Shown here in pieces: positions 52,134-62,736 of a stretch of 64,000 bases of DNA. How positions within the stretch are numbered: position 1 is the first letter of the stretch; every line of letters begins with the position of its first letter. A program made the translations under genes and the position numbers. Source of the DNA: Carcharhinus amblyrhynchos (lineage: Eukaryota); assembly GCA_965287045.1 (NCBI GenBank), contig OZ336880.1, positions 52,948,001-53,012,000 of the forward strand, given 5' to 3'. Below the pieces are notes generated by a model that did not search any database, was not told where the DNA came from, and saw only the letters and a program-made list of their open reading frames with translations.

Positions 52134-52345
52134 NNNNNNNNNNNNNNNNNNNNNNNNNNNNNNNNNNNNNNNNNNNNNNNNNNNNNNNNNNNNNNNNNNN
52201 NNNNNNNNNNNNNNNNNNNNNNNNNNNNNNNNNNNNNNNNNNNNNNNNNNNNNNNNNNNNNNNNNNNNNNNNNNNNNNNNNNNNNNNNNNNNNNNNNNNN
52301 NNNNNNNNNNNNNNNNNNNNNNNNNNNNNNNNNNNNNNNNNNNNN
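52134..52345. other. Assembly gap (212 N)
   Basis: Run of N. Confidence 1.
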
Positions 52346-53469
52346 ATTATACCCAAGCTCTCTTGTGTTTCTCTTCATTTACATATATTTAATGGCTCTG
52401 CAGTGGTTCACTATGGCACATAACGCACACATCTCATTACAGGTGAAATATTCTAACTGCCACTATCACTGCAAAGGAAAATAACTCTCCCAATTTAATT
52501 TTCCTGATGTAACAAAACCATGATTCTTGACAATGAAATGTTGACGCCATAAATCAGTCGCAATCAATAAGATCATCACTAGGACAAATCCTTCTCAGAG
52601 ATAATTTCTTAGTTCTGGGATCATGGCAGCACAATATTAAACCATTAATATGCTGACAAACGTAAGTAGTAAATGTTAACTCTATCTTATATTGCATATA
52701 TGAATCGGACTCTTATTTCTGAAGCCATTGGCTCCGATTAAATGTCCAAGTAAAATTGATATCAAAAACAAGTCAAGTAGTTAAATTTAAAACCACTTGC
52801 GTACCATGTGCAGATCAACAGAAAAAGTGAAATGTCTTATATAAAAAATTGACCTCAGTGACATAAATATTTTCAAAACATAAATTGAAACATATTGAGT
52901 AATGCTGAAACTAAGCTGTAAACAAATTTGCATGCAGCCCAGTGCTCAACTACCTGCAGGTTTTTGCTGGTGCACGCACATTTCATGCGATTCTCATACA
53001 CAGTGCACATATAATGGGGCTGTCCTTGACAAGTCAAGCTTTTCTATGTGTTTCTTTCCACGCAACATTTCCTGAGAATCCAGGATGAATTTGACAGATT
53101 TGCAAGGACAACTCCGATTACCTGATAATGAAACATCAGTAAAAACAAATTTAAATGCTTCTGCAAAGCTTCACCGTCACATGGAGCTGAATTAAGAATC
53201 TGAATTTCATCAATTGGCTTGTCTCCAAAGTACAGCGTCAGCTGATCAGAAGTCTGAGGTCATCAGCTTTGACCATCTGAAAATCATAAGTGACTTGTAA
53301 CACAGCAATTTGTGAAATTATTGATAATTCAACTGAAGTGGACATGCTAGCTGATACAGATGTTCAAAGGAAAAAGTACATATCTGATAATACTGCGTCT
53401 GCATTCTTTTACCAGAGCTTGTTTATATTTAATCTTGATCTATGCTGAGGCCATTATAAAGCTTTTTTT

Positions 53470-53995
53470 CTTCATTCACAGGATGTGAGCATCACTAGCA
53501 AAGTTGGCATTTATAATCCAGCCCTCATTTCCCTGAACTAGTGGTAGCAATTTGATGCAACTTAACATCTTCCAAGGCCACCTCAGAGGGCAATTAAGGG
53601 TCTATCATATTGGCATTGAATTGGATTCCCACATAGGGCAGACTGGATCAGGTCAGCAGATTTCATTCTCTAAAAGAGGTTTGTGAACTAGTCATACTTT
53701 TACAACCATCTGACAGCTCACTGCTTACTTTACATTTCCAGACATATAAAACTCAGTTCAAAAGCTCTAACTGTTGTATTGGTAATATAACTCATGTTCT
53801 TTGGGTAATCAGACCAAGGGTGGAATTTTATCGGCATGTCCGCCCGAGATTCGTACAATCCTGCCCAAGGCCAGCAGAGAATGCTGTTCTCCAAGCCTTG
53901 CCCAATCCTGGAATCGGGACAGGCATGCAGGTAAAATTCCAGCCCAAATTTCAGGATTATTAGCTTATTAACATCACAATTGTACCATCATACCT
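53470..53995 (-). mobile_element. tRNA-derived SINE (CR1/L2-tailed), interrupted by a MITE
   Basis: Reverse complement of the 49590 family; resumes after 53945. Confidence 0.7.
53817..53945. mobile_element. MITE with Harbinger-type TIRs
   Basis: Left end agggtggaattttat versus reverse-complemented right end gggctggaattttac (12/15). Confidence 0.75.
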
Positions 53996-54954
53996 GCTAG
54001 AAGGCTGGAGTGGAATGTTTCAAGTTTTTGATTCCCTCAAGTTTGATTTAGCAAGCCAAACCAATTAGTGATATTTGAGATTTGGGTTTACACATTCATA
54101 AAGGAATCATTCACTAGGACAAAACTTCACATACCCTCAGAGGAAGAATCCCTGAAGCAATAAACATGTTTTTTGCTAAAAACAAAAATCTCCTAGTTGA
54201 GATCGTTATCACGTCATTTTGTTATTGTGACAAATCAATCTGTTGGATTTGGGATTTGGCGCTAAAAATCTTTTCACCTCTTTCTGTGAATGCATTCCTT
54301 CCTTTTGTCACCAAGGAACTAGATTTTGCAGAGTGAAAATTGAATGTGACTATTTTTAAGTGCGTCGTAGGTTTTCAACTTTCCTGCTTTGGAATGGGAC
54401 CTGACTGGGAAGAGTCTCTCTCATGCTGCTGATGGAGGCTTAGGAGAAACAGTCTTTGTATGCACAGTTTGCACATGTGAATATCATGGCTTGCAGCTGA
54501 TTTGCATTGTTTGAGCCTGGCTGGTTTCCCTTATATTCTGAAACCACCACTTCATTACCTTTTAGGAATGTAACAGCGTCAAGGCCATTGAAAACTCCCT
54601 AGGGTCCTGGGATATCAATCGTGATTGTAAGGGTTGTGGAGAGTGGGGGAGCAGATCATAAACACAAACTGTGAAAGGAGGAAGAAAGAAATGGATTTCA
54701 TTCCATGAATCGGGTAACTTTGGTATTGTTTCCTAAGGGCTAAGCTCTACCTCCCCTGGTCGGGTGCAAGGTTCAATAAATTGAATTAAGTTGGGTTTGA
54801 ATGGAAGGATGCCAAACGGCTAACCAACCAAGTATTTTCAATTTTGATTTTGTCGTTTTTATAACTTGCTGTGTGACATTAAAAGTCAGAAAATTGTAAA
54901 ACAAACCTTAGGTATAAGTTAATTATGGCAATGCTTTTGTTGATTCAATAGGAT

Positions 54955-55144
54955 TTCCCACAACATCAGGGTTATTTAGAATCACGAGCTTTCAGAGTGC
55001 TGCGCCTCCTCAGCAGGTGAGCATTGAAGAAGCATTGTTCCCCTGATGAAGGAGCAGCACTCCGAAAGCTTGTGGTTCCAAATAAGCCTTTTGTGAGACT
55101 TTTTACTGTGCCCATCCCAGTCCAACATCAGAATCTCAACATCA
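54955..55144. mobile_element. Penelope-like terminal inverted repeat carrying hammerhead-like cores
   Basis: CTGATGA-A-GGAG-cagca-CTCC-GAAA at 55043-55067, an inverted degenerate copy at ~54978-55020, and the Penelope-type tail ccaaataa..gtgagact..gtgcccatcccagtccaac. Confidence 0.7.
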
Positions 55145-55189
55145 ATAGGATTTACTTATCGTTTCTCATTGTAATTAATACTTTTTATA

Positions 55190-55625
55190 CACTCGTGAGG
55201 TGTGTGCATCACTGCAAGGCCAACAATTATTTTCCATCCCTATTTGCCCATGAGAAGGTGATGATGAGCTGTCTTCTTCAGCCACTGCAGTCCATGTAGT
55301 GTAGGTACTCCCACAATACTTGTTCTTGTAGCAGTTTGTTGCAGCTGAGTGGCTTGCTCAATAATGACAGGTGTCTGGAGTCACATGCAGGACAGACCAG
55401 GTAAAGTAATGCAGTTTTCCTCCCCTGAAAGTCATTAGTGAACCTGGTTTTTGTTTTGACAAACCAAAAGTTTCATGATCATGAGACTAACAGTGTATTA
55501 TGAATTAATTAAATAATCAAAATTCCCCTGGCCTGCCTTCATGGTAGGATTTGAACACATATATCTAGGACATTATCCAAGCCTCTGGATTGCTAGTCCA
55601 TAAACATTATCACTATGGTGCCAAC
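55190..55625 (-). mobile_element. CR1/L2 tail joined to a tRNA-SINE body
   Basis: LINE-type tail at 55190-55320, then SINE body/head in reverse (ggtaggatttgaac..ctctggattgctagtcca..cactatgg). Confidence 0.65.
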
Positions 55626-56179
55626 CCCTTTACTGTGCAAACATCACAAACAGTTCTTATTTAAACATGAGTTACTCCCAAATCTTCCTATTCTTTTGTA
55701 TTCTTTATTTGATTTCTATGTTATATAATTCATCTCAGTATCAGATAAAAGTTCACTATGTTATTCAGGGGTTGGTATTTTTCTATCATGCAACTAAAGC
55801 AAATGCAGTGATAATTGCAAACAGTTGGAAAATCCCATGTAGTTGAGTATTATATTCTGAAATGTTGCTTGAACAAATCTTCAGAAGTATGTCAATCCAG
55901 AGTTGACAATCCTAGGACACACTGGTGTAAAGATGTATGATGAGTTCCAAGGCTCCCCCAGTATTAAGCCCTGACTTCATTTCAATGGAGTTGACAAGGT
56001 ATGAATAGTCAGCCGGTGAAGAGGAAACCAACATCAGGCTGCTGCTCACATTGCACCAACCCTCAGATATGTGAAATACTGATCCTCCCACATCCCAAAA
56101 AACGTGCTCTTAGGCTGATTGGTGTAACAAATTGTCCCTAAATTAGTCTTCCCTCAATCTTCCCCAATAGGTGTAGACA

Positions 56180-56285
56180 AAGGTCATGGGTAGAGGAGGG
56201 CACTCATAATGCTAAAATGGCAGCACGGGCTCGTTGGGCCGAAGGGCCTGTTTCCCGTGCTGTGTTGTTCTTTCTTCTTTCTTCT
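56180..56285 (+). mobile_element. Very short CR1 3' end
   Basis: gggctcgttgggccgaagggcctgtttcccgtgctgtg followed by ttct repeats; a reverse copy lies at 27105-27147. Confidence 0.7.
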
Positions 56286-57449
56286 AAGTTACAGTTGAGA
56301 TGACATGTTAGAGACCATGAGATCCCAGGGAAAAGATGAGAGCTCTGGGGTTTTTGAAACCTTTGCAGGACAGAGAAGAGACAGTATGTGGCCCATAGAG
56401 TTCAAAGTACCTAACTGAGAAACTAGTTTATTCTAGTTTGACTATAACTACATGCATACAAAAGGCCACAAGAGGGCACTTTTATAGTCCTGTGTCCTTA
56501 ATGTTAAAAGTTACACAAAAGTTCAAATTCTACGCAACTCATATACATTTCTTAGTTTTTTATTTACAAATCCAACTTAGCCTCTGGTTTCCCATTCCTA
56601 AGTGGGTAAGTCATTTGTTGACTCAAACATTCAAAACTTAAGGAAAGAACTTTACTTATCTGGACCTGCGTTTGTGAAGAGGTTTCTTGAACAAAGCCTG
56701 GTTTTAACCTTGACCACAATTGAATTCTCTACTCTATCAGACATATCCATCTGACTCTGACTCAGTTCCAAGCTGGTTTCAGACACAACTATTGGTTGTG
56801 GAGTAACTATTGGTACTCTACTCATAACCCAACTGCCCAATTCATCAGTTTCATTTGATTCTTCCCAACTCCCTTCTTCATGAACCTCTGATGATAAAAC
56901 ATGATCTATAGGCACATACTGAATATTTTGTCAGACACAACTTCCTCTGGGAATCCAAAAGCAGCAAACAAAGTATGTAAAATATCTAGAGTTTTGCTCA
57001 TTGTTGTTCGATTCATCAGGAACCCCTCAACCCACTTCAAATAGCTATCTATCACAATGGATAGCCGATGCCCTTCAAATTCTACAAAATCTATGTGAAG
57101 CCGCGGCCATTCTCTAGGTGGCTAATACAGTGGTGATCTAGCTATACTTGTACCCATTCTGCGTCGGGAGGAACTACATGCTAGCTAACTCTTTTTGGGC
57201 ACATTGCAATGTGCAAGCATTTTACCTTCTACCAATTTACTTTTACAGAACAGGAATGCTTTGTCACGCAGCCTTATTCAGTTTCACGTAGTGTCCTTCC
57301 TCAAGAGTTCAATCAATGGATGCAATGACATTGTCAAATTTCGTATGAGTTCACCACAGTATTCACTAAGCTCAAAAAAGATCTGAGTTTAGAGATATTC
57401 TAAGTACATGGCACATTTCTTATTGCTTGAACCTTACTCTTGGTGAGAA

Positions 57450-57733
57450 GATGCAGCACAGTAACACAAGGTTAGCACTGCTACTTCACAGCGCAAGGGA
57501 CACAGGTTCGATTTCTGGCTTGGGTCACTGTCTGTGTAGAGTTTGTATGTTCTCCCTGTGTCTGTGTGGGTTTCCTCCAGGTTCTCCAGTTTCATTCCAG
57601 TCTGAAAGACATGCTGGTTCGGTGCATTAACCCGAATAGGTGCTGGACCAGGGCGACTAGGGGAATTTCACAGTAACTTCATCACAGTGTAAATGTAGGC
57701 CTTACTTGTGACTAATAAAAACAAACTTTACTT
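57450..57733 (+). mobile_element. HE1-like V-SINE inserted in the Gypsy element
   Basis: ggttagcactgctacttcacagcgcaagggac..ggttcgatt head, V-domain, and the same tail as 7878-8183. Confidence 0.9.
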
Positions 57734-57839
57734 GATTTATGATTACCTTATAATCCCCAAATATTCTTCTGCTATCATCTGACTTTGGTACTACAACTAT
57801 GAGAGTAGTCCAATTATTCTGCTCTAATTCAGAGATATT

Positions 57840-58125
57840 GGGCAGAATTTTCCCAAAAAATGGCAAAGTGTCCAAATCTGACTGAAAACCAACATGTTGC
57901 TCCCCAGAGAAACAGGCAGGTTTTCTCTCCAGATCTTATGATACCACACCATTTTAAAGCAGGGGGTGTGCTTTGTGCCACCATGGTGAGGGGCACGATC
58001 TAAAGATGCCAGCAAGGCTGGCTCTACAAAGATCAGGACATCCTTCCTCAAATAAACAGCCATTCAGTGGCATTGGGTCTTTGAGGCATTGTCCATGGTG
58101 AATGGGACCAGAATATTGCCTTCTG
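57840..58125. mobile_element. Harbinger-type MITE fragment inserted in the Gypsy element
   Basis: Begins gggcagaattttccc and interrupts the pol remnants; right end uncertain. Confidence 0.5.
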
Positions 58126-60001
58126 CAATGCTCTTTGTTTTAAGTCTTTTCATTTGCTGCTGTACGTTCTCCCTGGCAGTTTAGGACACTGGACAAGACC
58201 TGCAGTAATCCAATCTTGCATTCCTCTGAATCTGTACTTTGGCCTTATATCCTTGAATTGATTGGCTGGTTTCACTTAACAGCTAAGGGTGCTTAGGCGT
58301 TGTTCTCTATTGGGACTGTTGCTTTCATGCAAAAAAAAACTTGTTCCCGTTTAACTTCAGTGCTGTTAACCGGTTTTCCACTGGTTTTTAACTCTTTCTT
58401 CATCCTTCACCACAATTATAGCAATTTTTCACATTGCTTCTTGTATGTGACTGAAACCAACACATTTCCCATTATGGATATTTTCTCTCTTCCATTTCTT
58501 GGTAATTTTAGATTTGATTGCTCCAGTTGATGTTTACTTCATGTTTGATGGGAAAGCAATTCAGGAATCATGCTGACAATGCAGCAGTGTTGACCTCCAT
58601 GTTTATGAGAGATCTGTACAACATTACTTGGGACTGCAACACTCTGAAAACTTCATGTTTCAGATTGTATGGGTCTTGGCCAACCCCTTATTGACCTGGT
58701 GCTGATTGACAACCATATGCAGAGACTGCTATTGCCTTCAATCAGTATTTCCTCTATTTATATTTTTGTACCATGTCTTGGCAAGGTGACCCTTCCTCTT
58801 GCAGCTGGAGCCTTCTGGCTTCAAAATTGACCTCAGTACCAGTAACAGGACGTGTTAGAACTTCCGCCGTCATTCGGGTCTTCTGCTTACTCAGTTTCAG
58901 CTTACTTACATCAGTAGATGACCAGCCGTTGCTAACCCTTGACTTCTCTTGGGTCACATTCTGGCATGTCTATGGATAATGTTGTTTGGCAAGCTATATT
59001 GAAAGTTAATTCAGGCAATGTCAGCAATTAATTGACAATGTAGTCTCTTTTTAAACTACACATAAATCTGTCCAGCAATGCAGTCTCCTGAGATTCTTCA
59101 AAATTGCAATGAGTGAGTAGTTTTTTTTCAAAAACACAGTAGCCTCACTAATGTCTTCACTGGGCAACTGATTCCTGGTTGAAAAGGAAAGCTTTCTGTA
59201 GTCTCCAATGGCTTGGGACTGTAGCGCTGCTCAAGCTTACACAGAATGTCCAACAGTGGTATGTCTTTTAGCTCAGCAGAGTCAAGCAAATTCTTGAGAA
59301 TTTCATACACTTCTAGGCATTTTTCCACTGCCTGAGCAACACCCAGATTATCAGGAACATCAGGATATTTGGTGAAATGCATCTCTAGCCACTCCACAAA
59401 TTATACTCTCCCTTTTGTCCAATAATACCTATTGATGCAATCATCCTTGAATGTCAGTCTACCTGTGAATATAAGTAGCCTTTACCCTGAGACAGATTTT
59501 TAAAACTATTTCTCAGCAAAAGAAATGGCTCCCAATTCTTCTACATATTTTCTGGAAACTTCCCCAACCCAAATCTGTTTGGTTAGGGAATCTGCAATCT
59601 TACCTCATTGCCAGATGGAGATATCATTGCAAGACAGAAAAAAGACAATGTGCAACATATGGAGTTCAAAGTACCAAGCAGGGGAAAAAAAAAGTTTATT
59701 CTGGTTTGACTTCACATGCACAAATGGTGACAGCAAGTGCTAATACAAGACAGATTAGAGGCTAGAAGCAGGTTTTTATGGTCTCGCTCATTCCGAAACC
59801 ATACAACTGACCCTTCCAGGGTCTGCCTTTTGCCCACTCCAAGTCCCATGGTGGGTCGAATGATAAAATTCCAGCCTAGATTTCAGGAGGTAAGAGGCTG
59901 TAGTTTAAAGTTTGGAGATTGTAGAGAAAGATCAGAGGCTGGATTCGATAGCCAGTATGGAGGGAATGGCAGTCCATGCTCTTTAAAAGTGAGATTGGGA
60001 G

Positions 60002-60037
60002 ACTCTCTTCTCCTTCTGTCTGTGTATTCAGGTAAGT
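60002..60037 (+). promoter_or_regulatory. Juxtaposed 3'/5' splice-site motif (candidate recursive splice site)
   Basis: Polypyrimidine tract ctctcttctccttctgtctgtgtatt, then CAG (60029-60031) immediately followed by GTAAGT (60032-60037). Confidence 0.4.
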
Positions 60038-60884
60038 ATATTTCAAATAATGTACCTTTTTGGTAGCAGGCAATTTAAAGGTCAGTTTTCACAGAGCTGG
60101 CACAGCTACAGGGCAAGCCATATTACAGTGGGGCTGCATATGCAAAGAGCCTGGTGACTGATTGAAGCCTGGGCCCTGGACGTCTTTTCTTCTCCTCATC
60201 AATATGTTAGGCAGAAATATGTGCATGTTGCACATCCATTTGATGGCTTAGAAGGCCAGTTAACACATGCAAAATTTATAGGTTTTTGACTCTAACAATT
60301 ATTATATCATCCTAGTTTCAACAAATATTTCACCCAAAAATTATGAGTGTTGCAGCCCTAATTAGGATGCAGCAATGTATAAGTGTTAAACCTGCTGTTG
60401 TTAGCTTAATGGATTTGAATGATGTTTCTGTGCTGCTTTGACAGAGACATTAACCCATTTAAGATAAAGAGGTTAATGTCTGTCTTAAATACTGAATAGA
60501 GGAATGTCACACAAAAGCATTAAACATTTCTCCATAGGGGTTGACAGCAGTAATTTGTAGATTGCAATTTGTTACCTTGGTTAATGTTATTTTTGGTAAA
60601 GCCAAAGTGTGTTATGTATTAAAATATAAAACACCATATTAAATGGTTCATTGCTAGAATGGAATTTTTTTCTGAATAATTGCAACGGTGGATCACATAT
60701 TAAATGAAAGTGCAGTGCAATAAGTTAGATTGTTAATGACTTTTAACAATGTGGAGCAGTTACCGCCATGCTTTTGTTTCACAATAAGCTTTGTAAAGTG
60801 TACTCTATTGTAAGGGACATAATGGGAGGCTGAACATTAACAAATACACTGGGTCAATTTGAACCTAAACCCACTGTCAGAAAA

Positions 60885-61152
60885 TTAGAATCCCCACATT
60901 ACAGAAGGAGGCCATTCGACACATCGAGTCTGCACTGACAACAACCCCCAGCCAGGCCCCAACCTTGTAAACCCATGTATTTACCTAAATAATCTCCCTG
61001 ACACTAAGCGGCAATTTATCATGTCCAATTAACCTAACCCACACATTTGTGGGAGGAAACTAGAGCACCCAGAGGAAACCCACACAGACAGTGACTTGAG
61101 GCTGTAATCAAAGCCCGGTCCCTGGCACTGTGAGGCAGCAGTGCCGCTGTGC
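60885..61152 (-). mobile_element. HE1 V-SINE with CR1-type tail
   Basis: Reverse complement of the HE1 head (ccctggcactgtgaggcagcagtg), V-domain (gtgggaggaaactagagcacccagaggaaacccac) and CR1-like tail (acagaaggaggccattcg). Confidence 0.88.
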
Positions 61153-62091
61153 AATGGTCAGAACCAATTCATATCCTGTACAATTGTACTTCCTGTTGAA
61201 ATCAATGGACAGCAATCTTGGGCAGGAGGTCAAGCTGATGTCCATCTGATTGTATTTCCTAAATTTCTTGTGAGGATGAGGGCAAAGTCTAACAGATGAA
61301 AATCCCTTGTAGTTACATACTTGACAAAATGGTCAACAATACTAGAAAACCAGGAACTGCCATAAAAAAGTAAACCTGAAACCCAGAACAGCATGTTTGC
61401 CAACAAGAATCCCTTTGTTCACTGAACTGCCATGTGGTGCCTTTACAAAACTTGGAGCACTTGGCAACCAGAGAACAAAAGAGATTTTTGTTTTGTTTTA
61501 CATGGGCTATAACCCCAGAAAATATTTCTCAGCCATTGTTAAAAGTTATGCATCGATAGTCTCAGTGAGAACGCTGAGTTTCCAGCTCCCACTTTGCAGA
61601 TGGGAACATTTGACACTTGTGCAACTGTTGAAATTTCAAGTATGCTTTAAGGATGTACTGCTATTGACTGTAGCCTACTTATTCAAAGTACTACACCGGC
61701 AAATCATCTTGGCCTCTTGTGATTGATTTATGGATAGCCTAATAAAGTGAAATATATTCTGTTTTACAGCTGTTGTGGCACTTAATGGGTAATGGTGCCA
61801 GCTTCCACACCTGACCGATTTGTGTTCTTACCACCAGGGCTGAACAGTGCAGCTGTTGTGTGAAACAAAATACTCTGTTTGTGAGTACTATCACTGTAAT
61901 TAAAAATTAACATGAATTAATTACTTAAACTGCTGTAAACATCTACTTAGCACTGTGATGTTAGCATATTCTATGCATTCACTTGTTAGTCAAAACCAAA
62001 TAACAGACAAGTAAACAACTGGTCTCTGTGTTATTTAATGTATATTTTTATTGTGCAAGCATCAAAATTAGTTCAGATCCCAAACTTTAAT

Positions 62092-62736
62092 TTGCAGAAT
62101 TTTGCACCCATCATGGTAACTAATAGTACTGTGGTAATTCCAAAATTGGCTGGGGCGAAAAATCCCCGCTTTGGAGCTTCAGTTACATGGGATGAAAGTG
62201 TGCCTTTTCATTTTTATTCAATGCACCAAGTCTTTGTCAAGGATTTTTAATGTCCCATATGGCGAAACTGCCCAGTAAAACCTGATGATCAGCCTGCAAA
62301 CCTGGGGAGGGGGATGTCCTGATCAGGCACCGTGAGGCGCATGGATGGCCCCGGAGCACTGGAAGGATAGCCTGCCCTCGTGATTGATCCCCTCACTTTG
62401 CCAGGTCCTGTGTGATTGACCCTGGTAACCGCTGGCCCCTTAGCTGAACAGCCTCCTCAATGGCTGCTGCTCTGGATCCTGATATGGCCCCAGAACACCA
62501 TCACTCCAAATGCCCCTGCTGGGACTGAAAAGCCGCCAGCCCACCCCCCCACAATTGATCTGAAGATCATGGGGTCAGGACATCCTCCCTTAGAGGAGTG
62601 GAAGCCACAACTGCAGGCAATTAATTGCCTACTCAAAGTAAAATCAGGTCATTGCTTCTTTGGCCGCAAAACCTGGGGTGCCACCAGCTTTACAGCCAGA
62701 GAACAATGTTATTGCTGCCCCATAGAATTCCGGCTT
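62092..62736. mobile_element. Probable non-autonomous DNA transposon (Harbinger-type termini)
   Basis: GC-richer island starting gcagaattttgcac and ending tagaattccggct. Confidence 0.4.

Larger units (their letters stand above)
56355..59747 (-). mobile_element. Decayed, internally deleted Ty3/Gypsy LTR retrotransposon
   Basis: Two related ~130-bp LTRs (56355-56486, 59616-59747) and PBS-like TGGCAATGAGG (59603-59613, minus). Gag remnant at 59128-59397, CYNCG knuckle near 58405, GYKAKVQIQ pre-RT segment, integrase WPRLHIDF..IVIDSYLKWVE..FGFPEEVVSD (56930-57118), and pol end TYPLRNGKPEAKLDL*. Confidence 0.88.

Noticed and set aside
52065-52484. ORFs spanning the N run
   Set aside because: Artefacts of the assembly gap.
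52953-53122. Possible minus-strand exon (ttatcag|...CTGCAG|gtagtt)
   Set aside because: All three frames contain stops and the peptides resemble nothing I recognise. A non-coding exon cannot be excluded.
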